DNA from: Mytilus californianus
Lineage: Eukaryota
Assembly (NCBI RefSeq): GCF_021869535.1
Contig: NW_026262690.1
Location: 64,232,001 to 64,296,000, forward strand
Direction of reading: 5' to 3'
DNA length: 64,000 nt
Shown here one piece after another: positions 50,801-63,446 of the stretch. Made by a program: the position numbers and the translations under genes. The notes under the pieces are model-generated. The model saw only the letters and a program-made list of their open reading frames with translations. It did no database searches and was not told the DNA's origin. The first letter of the stretch is position 1; each line of letters starts with the position of its first letter.

Positions 50801-52292
50801 TCATATCGGCAAATGTCAAAGACAAAAGGTTATTTACAAAAAAAAAAAAAAAAAATTAAGAAATGCCTAACTGCAACAAAATGAAAAAGCAAACTAAGGC
50901 AAAATATGATGATCAATAGAGACGCTGTTCAATTCAACGAAGGCCGTTTCAACTCAAAAATGTAGTATTTTAACAATATTAACTTCTGAATACTTTTCTT
51001 TTTGAGAATTTTGTGGTTTCCGTAAAGCAATTTTTTTGTCTCCCTAAAACAAAATGCGCATTTCTTCTTTCATCTTCCTTTGATGTATGAACACTTATTG
51101 ACAGTTTTTGTAACTTACATGTATCAGTGACTGCATTTTAGTTATTAATGACGAAAATGGATATATTTTCTGTGTTTACGTATTTGCCAGCATCGATCAT
51201 ATATTTCATAGTTGTTCTTGGATATACGAAACCCAAGAAATGTCAGCTGAGAAAGGTCAAATCATAATTAAACCGATTTGATATCTTCTTAAAATTCCTG
51301 TTCTTATTTCAAATATAGAAACTGGAAAACGAAAATAGAAATAAACCGATTACGCTTAATTTTAGCTGACGTCATATCTCTATGAAATATGTTGATTTCT
51401 TATGCTAGATTTACGCAGACTTAATAATAAATCTCCCAAAGTATTTTAATCGTCCATCGTTTTCAAACCAAAGCAGTAAACAAGAATTTCAATTTTGTTA
51501 AGTCATTGTATCAAAACTTTTTTGCTTTGAAGTGGAAATAAATATTTTTTTCAGTTATTTTCTGCTACCGTTTTTACGTCGATGATCTGGGAATATTTGA
51601 GTAAATCTGGTTGTGTTTGCATGTTTAAAAACAAATGTTAGCCAGAACTTGTTGTACGTCTATAATAATAGCTGGCCGATGGGTTCAGCGCAATCTAGAT
51701 TATTGTTTAAATTGACATGAAAACATTAAAGCTTTGTCCGTTATAACAACTCATAATAAATAAGGGTTTAATATTTAATAAAATTAAAGAAATTTAAGCG
51801 CCACACAATTTTTTTTCTGTATTCGTCAGGCTTTGTAGAATAATTTGTATTGTAACAATTTTCATGTTTTCTCTTAGTCATTAAATAATTATTTTAATCA
51901 AGATCTGAATTTTTAATGATGCTGTAATAGAAAGAAACTGAAATAACAGAATGCAAGTAAACGTGTTACAAAATAAAATCGAAAACTTACATCTATATTT
52001 GGATAATTACTAAAGGTTGAAAGAAACAAAGGCAAGAAAAATTAAGAAAACCTGTAGAATATATTAACATTAATATTTTCAAAATATCATTATGGTTTAC
52101 AATGATTGTTCATCGTTCTACATATGTATAAATATAGTACTTTGATATATATTTGAATAAAATTTCAGAAAAAATAGTTAATAATAAAAACTGACACGCA
52201 TGCGTTATTTTCATGAAACAAAAAAATGCCTACTCATGAATGAAATCGTACGTGTGAATATTTATTTATGGCTGTATGATTAAGGCAGTGAA

Positions 52293-54948
52293 CAATAAGA
52301 ATATTAATTTTTTGTCATGTTATTCCTGTGGTTTTTTTTCCATTGTCACAAAAGGGTATAGAGATGTAGGGTTTCCCCCCGACAGAGAACAATCATAAAT
52401 GGAATTGTTTGTAGCCAATACGGAAATGTCATTGCGTTGGTTAGCAATATTTTTTCTAGCATATCTTACATGTAAATTTTGGCAGTCCCATCACTCTCGA
52501 ACAAGAAATGTGTGTAGATAGAAAGCATGGGGGTGTTACGAATTGTACAAAGGAAAGTAAAGATGTCATTGAATTCAGGATCATGAACCATAAAGAAATA
52601 CAGTCTTTTAGCAAAGAGAGTGAAGTTAAACTAGAAAAAAAAACCAATCAAATCTACAAACTTCATCTTCCGCTGACGAATTTAAGCCAGCTTGCATGGA
52701 AAGAATATGACATTTGTCTCCCTTTTATATAACAACTTTTATTAGGAACGCGTGTCAGTACCACCTGAATACGTATATTAAGATGTATCAATCATTCAAA
52801 TTTAACAAACTAATAATTTCTACTTAGTTGTAAAATAGGTCCATGTCATATCATTTCCACATAAAACAAGTCGGGGAATTATCCTCTTTTTTGAATTACA
52901 ATTTACTTTTAAATATCTGCCACACACACACATATACTATATATACCATAAAAATAATTTAATGCAAGTTTGCACATTATAAAACACGACACAGACAGAA
53001 GTTTGCTGCATTTTGCTTAATTGAGGATATATATAATATATCGGCGCCAAAATAGGTTGAGTTCTATCATCATGATACAAAAATAATTAATTACTTCAGA
53101 ATATTAATCGTTGTGGTTTTTGGAGACGTCACTCTATTATATTATTTGTGTACACTCATGTGTAGGATATTTACTTTTATATTGTCGGTCATTGGGTTAT
53201 ATTTTATTGTTGCATTGTCTAAAAGTTTGACTGACTCTAGTTGTTAACTTCTACGTCATTTAGTGTCTGGTGGAGAGTTGTCTAATTGGCAATCATATAC
53301 CACATCTTCATAAAGTTTTCCATGTCGTTTCATGCTCAACTGTATGGTGAATAAAAATTTGCGAGGAAATAGATGATAAAGAGGTGAGGACACATTAATT
53401 TGCACAATAGTCTCCATATTTTCGTAAGACCTTATATAAAACTGAAATGAAGTCTGTAGTCATGAGATCATGATGGTATCGGGATTCATATGAAAAATGC
53501 CATGTTACAACCTAAATATATATATATGTTTTTAATCTTTAAATAATATGTCCTTTAACCTGCGAAGGTTTTCGTCAAATAGTGTTTGCTCGACAAAAAT
53601 TGATTTGTCCCTTTAATAAATATATGGAGAATATATTTCACCGCCGCTGATCACTATAAAGGAGTTTACGACACTTGACGAGAACATTTTCGCCACTCGA
53701 CCTTATCCTTCATAATCCTCTTTACCCTATGCCGTCTGACATTTTCTCCTTTGACTTTTGACGTTAGAATTTCAATTTTCTGGCATCATTTAAGGGTAAT
53801 GTGTATTGCTGTAATACAATACACGATCAAACATTGATGGTTTTGGAAGGTTTGGAGATATGAGTAGTGTTGAAACCCGTAGTTAATGCAATCAACAGTT
53901 AAAATACATAATTAATTTCAACCGAAGATTGTACAATTTCATTAAAATTTGAAGTTAAATGTATCAATACAGTTACAACTATTCCATATAAAACCTAACT
54001 TATGCTACTTTATCTCTTCCCGTCACATTTCTTGTTTTATAATCACCAGAATTGTGCATAGATAAAAGCTTGGCAAACCAAAGATATATAAAAAAAAAAG
54101 TGAAGCTAAGAGAGACTGAACTAGAAATTAACTAAAGCAATATAATGTCCACGTTGTCGCGGAGAACTGCAACCCAAGTTTTTGCAAAATAAACAAAATT
54201 GATTACTAGTAGATGATAATTGATCAAAATCATGGCAATTGTAAAACCACTGGTACTAAGTATGATGCGCATCACACGTGTTTCAATTGTCAAATCAATG
54301 GTGCTAAGTATGATGCGCATCACACGTGTTCAAATTGTCAAACCACTGGCACTAAGTATGATGCGCATCATACGTGTTTCTGGAAAAAAATACTTCCTGT
54401 ATTCTACAAACAATTCCATTCAGAAATTATAAGTTCAAAACATTTGATAAATTTGAATGATTGATACATCTTAATATACGTATTCAGGTGGTACTGACAC
54501 GCGTTCCTAATAAAAGTTGTTATATAAAAGGGAGACAAATGTCATATTCTTTCCATGCTAGCTGGCTTAAATTCGTCAGCGGAAGATGAAGTTTTGTTTT
54601 TTTTTCTAGTTTAACTTCACTCTCTTTGCTAAAAGACTGTATTTCTTTATGGTTCATGATCCTGAATTCAATGACATCTTTACTTTCCTTTGTACAATTC
54701 GTAACACCCCCATGCTTTCTATCTACACTTATTTCTTGTTCGAGAGTGATGTGACTGCCAAAATTTACATGTAAGATATGCTAGAAAAAATGTTGCTAAC
54801 CAACGCAATGACATTTCCGTATTGGCTACAAACAATTCCATTTATGATTGTTCTCTGTCGGGGAGAACCCTACATCTCTATACCCTTTTGTGACAATGGA
54901 AAAAAAAAACCACAGGAATAACATGACAAAAAATTAATATTCTTATTG
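52293..54948. mobile_element. Foldback-like element with ~520-bp near-perfect inverted arms (52293-~52810 and ~54443-54948)
   Basis: The arms are reverse complements with few differences. AA flanks both outer ends. No transposase ORF is seen inside. Confidence 0.8.
54235..54378. repeat. Three tandem copies of a 48-bp unit containing palindromes TGATGCGCATCA and ACACGTGT
   Basis: Directly visible repeat inside the foldback element. Confidence 0.95.
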
Positions 54949-56066
54949 AAGCTTTAAAACAACTGTACTATAAACATTGCCCTATAGTACAGTTGTTTTA
55001 AAGTTTCAAAACGGCCCAAAATTAACCTATGTCCTATATGCCTAATCTCCATTCCTTCAGACAGAATATGTGGTTTTTGTTGTGTTTTGGTTCCTTTTAA
55101 CCACTTGGCTCCTCGAATACTTAAACAGTCTGGCTTTCAAACTTTGGATGTGAACGTGAGACAATTCATACGAGAAAAACTAACGGCCTAATTTAAAACA
55201 AAACAATTTACGAAAAACAGATATGACTGACATGAACCAACGACAACCACTGAACTACATGCTCCTGACTTGGGACAGGCACATGAAGAATGTGGCGGGA
55301 TTAAACATGTTTGTGAGCGCTCAATCCTTCCCCTAACCTGGGACAGTGGTGAACAGCACAACATAAGAACAAACTTTAAAAATCAGTTGGAATTGGCTTA
55401 TCTCAAAAGTTCGGTACGAGGCACAAAAACAACTAACATAAAAACAATAGACACACAGCACCGAAATAAAGAGTACTCGCAGATACTAAAAACTATTTCA
55501 AAGCTTATTACAACTAATAAATAAATCATGTTTATTAATATAATATAAAAAAGTTATTTTCATTTGCTAAGTGACCATTAAAATGTTTGTTTATGAAGGT
55601 CATTATGACATACATTTATTTTTAATTATGTGTATTATTAATATTTTGATGGATTGACTACGTCTTAATGAGGGGGTGTCTTCATACAAATACACCTTTC
55701 AACTTGCGGTGAACTACTAACTGATTCATCACAAATGACAAAACCAATACATAAAAAATTGTCAAATTATTTTATTGGAAAACAATTTGCTTGTTCATGT
55801 TACTAATTACATATGTTTTGTTTTTCTTTGTCTTTATCTTAAGATCTTTATAATTTATATTTAAAAATAGCTTCTATTTCCATTGATGTTGTACATACAA
55901 TGTCACACGGTAGACATAGTAAGTTTCTATATTTGTATCTCTATCATCATACGTGCGGTTATCATGCGCTCGGACATTTCGAATTTCATCGAATGTGCCT
56001 AGTCTGATGTATTCAGAAGTTCATTTTGTACGTACAAGTCTCCGGGCAGAGACTTATATTTTGAGT

Positions 56067-57041
56067 TCAAGATCCAAATACTGGCTTCAGCCATTTTGCT
56101 TTACGCTTCTTGTTCATAACTAAGGCCTTCACTACAGTTTCAAATGCCTCTTTGACACCATCATTCTTAAAAGATGACGTTTCAACAAATTGTTCAATAC
56201 CCAATTCCTTGGAAAGTTTTAATCCTTCGGCTCTATTTATATGATCAGTATTATCCTTCTCTCGGAGATCAGACTGGGTAGCTACAAGCACAATAGGCAC
56301 TTTCTTGGAAAAGTTCTTAATCTCTGGAACCCACAGTGATTTTACACTCTCCATAGAATCCCTGTCTAAAACGCTGTAGCAGATGACACATACATTGGAC
56401 TCCTTGTAAACCATTTCTCTCATTTCAGAGTCTTCAAACTGTAAATGTAAGAAAAACCAATTAAATAAGATTTAATATTGATATCATAGACATACTAAGT
56501 ATTGCTAAAAAGAACTTTCATTTAAGGGGCAAATGAACTTTCCCTGAAAATTCCTCACAGATAAAGAGGACCATTTTAAATATGCTTTTGTAGATTTTTT
56601 CATTTATAGTAACTCCTAGACATACATCACATACCACATAAGAGTTTTATGGCTTTAATCTGGAGATGAAAGGTAGACTGTAACTTTGTACACATTTGAG
56701 AGATTCAAGCTAAGGCCTTTTAAAATCATTGTTGTATAAAATCATCGCTAACTCAATTTTCTTCCGTCTTTGAGTGTCAGCATATTGAGAGAAAGAAAGA
56801 CAAAACTGTAGTTATCCCTCCCTCCTAAAAAATACAATCAACCTACCTGTCCTGCAGTGTCTTTGATGTTAATTGTATATTTTTGTCCATAAGCTGATAC
56901 TGTTCCAGTAAAAGTATCCATAATGGTTGCAACATAATTATCTGCAATTTCTTGTCCACAAAATTTCTTAGCTAAGCATGTTTTTCCTACCATACCATCA
57001 CCAACAATTATACAACTGACAATATTCCTACTTAAACCCAT
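56067..57041 (-). CDS. g8: atypical Rho-like GTPase with canonical DTAGQ (188 aa; exons 57041-56847, 56438-56067)
   Basis: Motifs GDGMVGKT, YVATI, DTAGQ, VATQSD, ETSS. Donor CAG|GTAGGT, acceptor TACAG|TTT, 408-nt intron. Ends KWLKPVFGS* with no CAAX. Confidence 0.92.
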
Positions 57042-57124
57042 AGTAAAAAGTTAAATACTTTGATCAAGCGAAGTGAACAGGTGAGACTACTTTGATGTAA
57101 TGAAATAAATTGCAAAGTCATAGG

Positions 57125-57133
57125 ATTTATATA
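57125..57133 (-). promoter_or_regulatory. g8 putative TATA box
   Basis: TATATAAAT on the minus strand about 90 nt upstream of the ATG, matching the spacing in the other paralogues. Confidence 0.45.
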
Positions 57134-60100
57134 CCTGTGTACTTGTGTACTCAGGTGAACCACCGTTTCATCATTTGCCCTGAAGCACGAACAATGACTA
57201 GCTTAGCTTTTCTAATAGTTGATTCTTATTGTATATTGGTGGTTAGACTTGTATCACTGTTTGTTTATCTTATTTTCATTTATCTAAAGAAAGATTATAT
57301 GTGCTAATAGGTACGCTATTTTTGTTAAGATGAACGATAATTATATTAAAGTACAAAGCTACAGTTTTCAGTACGGGTTTGTAATCAACACTCTGGCCTT
57401 TGATGCCTTTGTGGTTTGTTTTTATAGTCGGAGAGTTCAAGAGCGTAACGTAAAAAAAGCTTAAGATTTATCGTAATGACAAAAATTTAAAACTGAGTAA
57501 AAAATATAGAGTAAAATGAATATTGAATAGTACACTAAGATGTTTTTAAACTAATTTGTTCAATTGAAATTATTTTTATTCAATTATTTTTTTCAAAATT
57601 GTCCCTTTTTTAATTAAACATGCCAATGTCCAATTGATATGCAGATGTTATCTTTAATCAACCTTCACTGATAATTGCAGATAATAATTAAAGGGTCATT
57701 CCGAAATTTGTGAAATGACTTTCCAGAAAATTAATGAATGACCTTACATTGGATTGCGTGAATTTTAAACATTTTATCATACTGATAACTGTCCATGATT
57801 ATCAGATATTAGAGCTCACATGATAACATTCTTGTGACCATATCACATGAATGTCATCATGGTCATTTGATTATTAAACACGATTTTCAGTCGGGAATGC
57901 TACTTTACATACAGCAGCAAATATTACAGATAATTTATGAACAAGATAAAGATATGTTTTCAAACATTAACGACTGGAGAGAAAAATAAACAGGAAAAAA
58001 CAAATCATTCGTCAAAAGGGATAATTCAGCTCCTTATAGCACGTATGCAAGTCAGTGCAAGTCAGTGAAAGGGAAAGAACTGTCATAAACAAGTGTGGTT
58101 ACCTGTAATTATTTTAACAAATACATGTGCAGTATGATTAATAATTTTACATTAGATACGTTATATTCATTCATAACTATTTTCCAAAAAAAAAAAATTT
58201 GAAAAATGAATGATGTAAAATTACTTGATACTGGACTGTGTTATGTAAAATGCACTAAGTATGACACCGTCCAAGGAAGTGTACTAAAAGTAAAGCTATT
58301 TCTAGTGTTCAAAACAAACACAAATCTCATTAATCAAATAGTTCAATGTTATATTGATGGTTTGAAATTTATTGCTTTATTAATAGTCAGTAAATCAAAT
58401 TTGTGAAAGGTGTCAAACTGAAAATATTGTTTCCAAAATAAGTTGAACAAATATCCGGCGGCCCATATAAACTACTAAGTGTGTACATGCACTTTGCCTC
58501 CAGTTCAAAACAATCTTTAATTGATCTAATACATATTTATTGATAATGTCAAAAGCGTATCGGTCTTTGTTCTTAAATGAACTTTTGTCATTTATAACCT
58601 GCTGTACCTTAACATAAATGAAAATAACAAACTGCATTCAATGCAATGAAATTCTTCGTGCAGCTATTTCCGCCGTACCTCAAAAAGTTATACGAACTAC
58701 TGTCATGAATTGAAACTTGTTGATAACAAAAAAAGTCAGCGGTTTTATTTGCCTCGAATTCCCGGGTCCACAATAGATTTCGCGTGCTTGCATATACAGC
58801 ATGTTCGTTTTTATTTGCAAATGCTTTCAAGTTAACGTAACCGATTTGATAGGTAGGTTCCCTCCGTAAAATATTCAGTATGCCCTCAAATACAGGACGG
58901 GTACCAGTCAACCGATTTAATAACTTTAATGAATTTTCCGTGATCATTAGCAAAGTTGCGAAATTATCCGTTATTATCTGCTCCTGCTACTGTATCATAT
59001 GCCCTTAATGAAAGATTCTTTTATTTGTTCGTAATTGTCTTTCAAGAAAAATAAAAATATTATGACTTTTGTATTTTAAAATGCTGAAGGGTGTTATTAG
59101 CTACAGGTAACCTTTCCTTTTCAACAATGATCTAAACCCATTCTGTTTGAGTCTATTCGCTTTTCGCTAAAAAGTCCTGAACATGCATGAAATATCTGCA
59201 ACTGGACGTACAGCAAAAATGTCTTCATATAACGGCAATTATACATTAACGATTTTACTGATACATGTACACATGAATGCATAAGAGTTGATCTAGTTTC
59301 AGGATAATACTTATCTACCCGAACATTTTGTGATACAGAATGAATGCAAGTACTGATTGCATGATAAAGCCTTCCTCGGGTATAATCTATTTTAGGTATA
59401 TTTGTGTAATACATTGTAAAATCTTGGCGACAAACTTTTTTTCCAAAATCACCGTACATAAACAATGTACCAAGTTTACCTTCTATCCGTAAATAAATAC
59501 TTTTGTTTATAAAGGAAATAGTCTTATGGAAAACAATGACATATAACTGCCACGATGACGGGGCACTACTAGATCTTATACTGATTTGCTTCAGTAGAAT
59601 TCATCCTGAGTTTCAATCTGATTGTTGTTATTACTAAAGTACATCTTTGAGTGAAAAGAATAATCCATGTGTGGGTTTTTTAGCGTCATGTCAAATTTAA
59701 GTTTGTATTCAATTATACCTACTTATAAATAAATGCAAACATATAGTGAAAGATTAACCTAATTTGTAATGCCTACAGTAGACTAGTACAAGCTTACAGT
59801 ACTAGTTGAATTGTAGTACTGTGGTTATTAAGTATACACTTCACAACCTTTCCTGATAAATTAAACATGCACTACATTAAACTTGGGGAAACCATCACTG
59901 TATTAATTATTTTTCTTAATATTTATTTTATATAATGACAAAAACAGAAAGTGTTTTGTGGTAACCTACATGTAAATGAACTCATTTTTCGGATATATAT
60001 TTCCTTGGTAGAACAGTTATTCGGGTGTAGTGCAACGTGCAGAGAGCGTGGTACGCACCAAATTCAGATGGAACGTCTCCATTTCAAGTAACCATTTTCT

Positions 60101-62439
60101 TTAATAGAAAATCAAAACTATTTTTCAAGTCGTTTTTTTTAATGAGAGGGTCATGTTTGAAATTTGCATATTGTGATTTCAATTTAGCGTTTTGCATTTT
60201 CAGTATCAAACAGTTAAAAATGGCTCTTCTGTAACGGAATAATGATTTACTCTGCATATTTGTATGCAATGTCTCATTTAAGGGACAAAAATCGAATTAC
60301 AGAAATCTGTATTTTTAAGGAAGTGATATTATTTGCAATATCGACTTCAGGATGTTCAGGAACTTTGATACTATTTGAATAGAAAATATTAATTGGGGAT
60401 CCTTAACTTTTTTGTTGAGTATAAAAAAAAAGTTAAATAACAAATGTACCGAACTCCAAGGAAAATTCAAATCGGAAAGTCCCTTATCAAATGGCAAAAT
60501 CAAAAGCTCAAACACTTCAAACGAATGGAAAACTACTGTCATATTCCTGACTTGGTACAGGCATTTCCTTATGTAGAAAATGGTGGATTAAACCTGGTTT
60601 TATAGCTAGGATAAAACTCTCACTTGTATGACAGTCGAATAAAGTTCCAAGATATTTACTACTTAGGACCATCTATTTTCACTACTGATGTAAAACTCAT
60701 AAGGAAACATCAACACCACAGCTTAAACTAACTTTGCAATTTAAACTTTCCTATATCATCATCATGACTTTGTGACATACTAGTAACAACCCATAGTTTA
60801 TTCAAGTTATCCGTATAAAAAAACATTTGGTAGTATCACATAAAATAACATTTATCTTATGCTCATTATGCAATAAATTGTACAATTGAATAACCCTATC
60901 AACATTTTCTTTAAAAGAATTCGTAACGGTTGCAGGTCTGCGTCAGCTGACGCATCTAGACAGTAAACAAAGTTCCGGATTATACTTGGACGTATATCAT
61001 TATTTCATCTTGCGTCACATTCACACTTAAAGGGAAACAAACTTGTCTATTTTTGTCATATTTGACAGCGGTTGAGGTGATCCAGTTTGTTTGTGTAAAC
61101 GGGATGACCAGTGGTCTCGGATGACTACACTTTAGTAATTATTGTAATAAAAAGAAAATCAACCTGTTTATTTGGATTGTGATATTTTGATATAGATGTA
61201 TCTGAATATTTCTCCTTGGAAATTCTTTCCTACAGTTTCTTTTCATAGCAAAAAGCCACGAGCTCCTTAAATGTAAAAAATAAAATAATAATTTAACAAC
61301 AAAAGGATGGTGAAATAGATGTGTCATTTTTGAAATATATATAACATAAAAAAGCATGTAGTTACATAGTAACGTAATACATTGTACTAAGGTGTAAAAG
61401 AAAATACTAACAGATACATCTTGAATGTGTCACCGTATTCCTGTTTTCACGAAAGTACCATCAGCCAAGTAGCCAAAATGCTATGACTCTGAACTGATAA
61501 AATTGTACATTTTCAGTTTATTTAGATAATTTACGCAATTGTGCAAGGATAAAGGTTGCAATTATCTTTCTTCGAAAAAGTAACTTTACAATTTTTGCTG
61601 TTCTGTCCCCGACCTTTTTGGTTTGGATGCTCTTTTTATGATTTTACAAACGTTAGGTATAAAGCGTACTTGAATGTATTTTGTATGTGCATATGTCGGT
61701 TTCATCATTGTTCATAGTTGTGTGTGTATTACTTGCACTATTGGTTGGCCGACAAATGTATCATCTATCCAGTAGCTAGTGTTCCGTCACTTGCAGGACT
61801 CAAATGACAAATATTGACTGTAAGTCTACAGTAACTCTTATAAATTATAATAGTTGCAAATCCCAAGCAAAATTTTGACTAGTTTTAATTGTTCTGTTTT
61901 GATAATTTGATTGCTTCCCAATGTCTTAATATTTTGTCTTTCCATACTTTTGGTTTCGAGCATAGCTGATAAAGCCATCTGTTAATACAGAAACACGTGA
62001 TGTGAACACGATATCAACTTCTTGCCTTTATATTATCACGAATTCGGTTCTCGTCTTTGTATTATCATTACGTTGGAAGGAAGTGAAAAATGTATTGACA
62101 AATCAAAAACAACACTTTTTAACAAGGCTAGCCGGACTGGAACCTTGATCCTTGTAAATGATGACATTCGGCTCGAAGGACGGAATTATGTGTTATTTCA
62201 GATCAGAAATCTACTGATCGATTAATTAGTTGGTTGTTTGATTGATTCAAGACGAAATTATTTCATGCATATTAAGGAAAATGTGTCTTTTAGATCGGTA
62301 CTTTGTGTATTTTGTCTTTTTGTTAGTTGTTTTTTTGTGTTTCGTGACTACATTGTATCTGATGACTCAAGCCTTTTCCAACTGATTTTTTACAGTATTT
62401 CTTATACTGTGCTCTTCAACCATTGTCCAAGGTTATGGG

Positions 62440-63085
62440 ATAGTTGAGGGCTCACAAATATGTTTAACACCCGATATTTTTTATTTGTCTATTTTAAGTC
62501 AGGAGCCTGCAACTCAATGGTTGTCGTTTGTTGCTGTATATCATACATGTGTATTTGTTATCGTTTATTGTTTTGTACATAACTCATGCCGTTAGTTTTC
62601 TCGTTTGAATTGTTTAACATTTTTTATTTCTGAGCCTTTTATAGCTTACTATGCTGTATGAGTTTTGCTCATTATTGAAGGCCGTATATACGGTGACCTA
62701 TAGTTGTATACGTCTACGTCATTTGGTCTCTGTTGGAAAGTGGTCTCATTGGCAGTCATACCACATCTTCTTATTTTTTATTAATCCAAACATTTTGTAT
62801 TTGCCTGTCCCAAGTAGTGGCCTGTATTTCACTGGTTTATTGCTGTCTACCGATTTGTTTTCGTTTTTTTTTAATTTTTTTAGCATGAAGTAGGTCGTCG
62901 GTTTTGTCGTTTGAATTTTTTTCACATTTTGTCATGATGTGACCTCTTCTAGCTTACTAAACGGTATGGGTTTTTCTCATTGTTAAGGCTGTAAGATGTC
63001 ATATAATTGCTTACATCCATGTCCTTGATCGCTGGTGGTGGAAAGTTGGCTCATTGGCAATCATACCTCATCTCCTTTTTTATAT
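62440..63085 (-). repeat. Two tandem decayed copies of dispersed repeat family A
   Basis: Each ends in CTCATTGGCA.TCATACC.CATCT.CTT (62745-62780 and 63050-63080). Confidence 0.7.
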
Positions 63086-63305
63086 AACTGTACAGATGAT
63101 TGTATTAAAAGCCCAATTCATGCACATTGTTCGAACAATAGTACACTTTCGTGAAATTAGGAGTGGAAAGTAGAATAATTTTTTTACATAAATATGGGCT
63201 GTTTTTTTACAATACAATGCACATGCATCAGGTACTAGCATCATTAATTCATGCAAAATCACTGAAATCTTCACAATTTTAGAATTTGTGCTAATTTTTA
63301 AACGA

Positions 63306-63446
63306 TTTTTGTCTAAAATTGTAGTGGCCGCACTTGTGTTCAGTCTTGATATTTAAATAAATATATGTTGTATTTGATGATAATACATAACATATATAAA
63401 GGTTGAGACTGAACAAGAATGCGGCCACTTCCATTTTAGACAAAAA
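63306..63446. repeat. Internal inverted repeat (~41-bp arms) within a probable non-autonomous DNA element (~63090-63640)
   Basis: TTTTTGTCTAAAATTGTAGTGGCCGCAC..TTCAGTCT pairs with AGACTGAA..GCGGCCACTTCCATTTTAGACAAAAA. Confidence 0.7.

Noticed and set aside
57024-57041. N-myristoylation signal in g8 (MGLSRN)
   Set aside because: Gly2 is present but position 6 is Asn rather than the usual Ser/Thr, and the paralogues have Val2, so the support is too weak.
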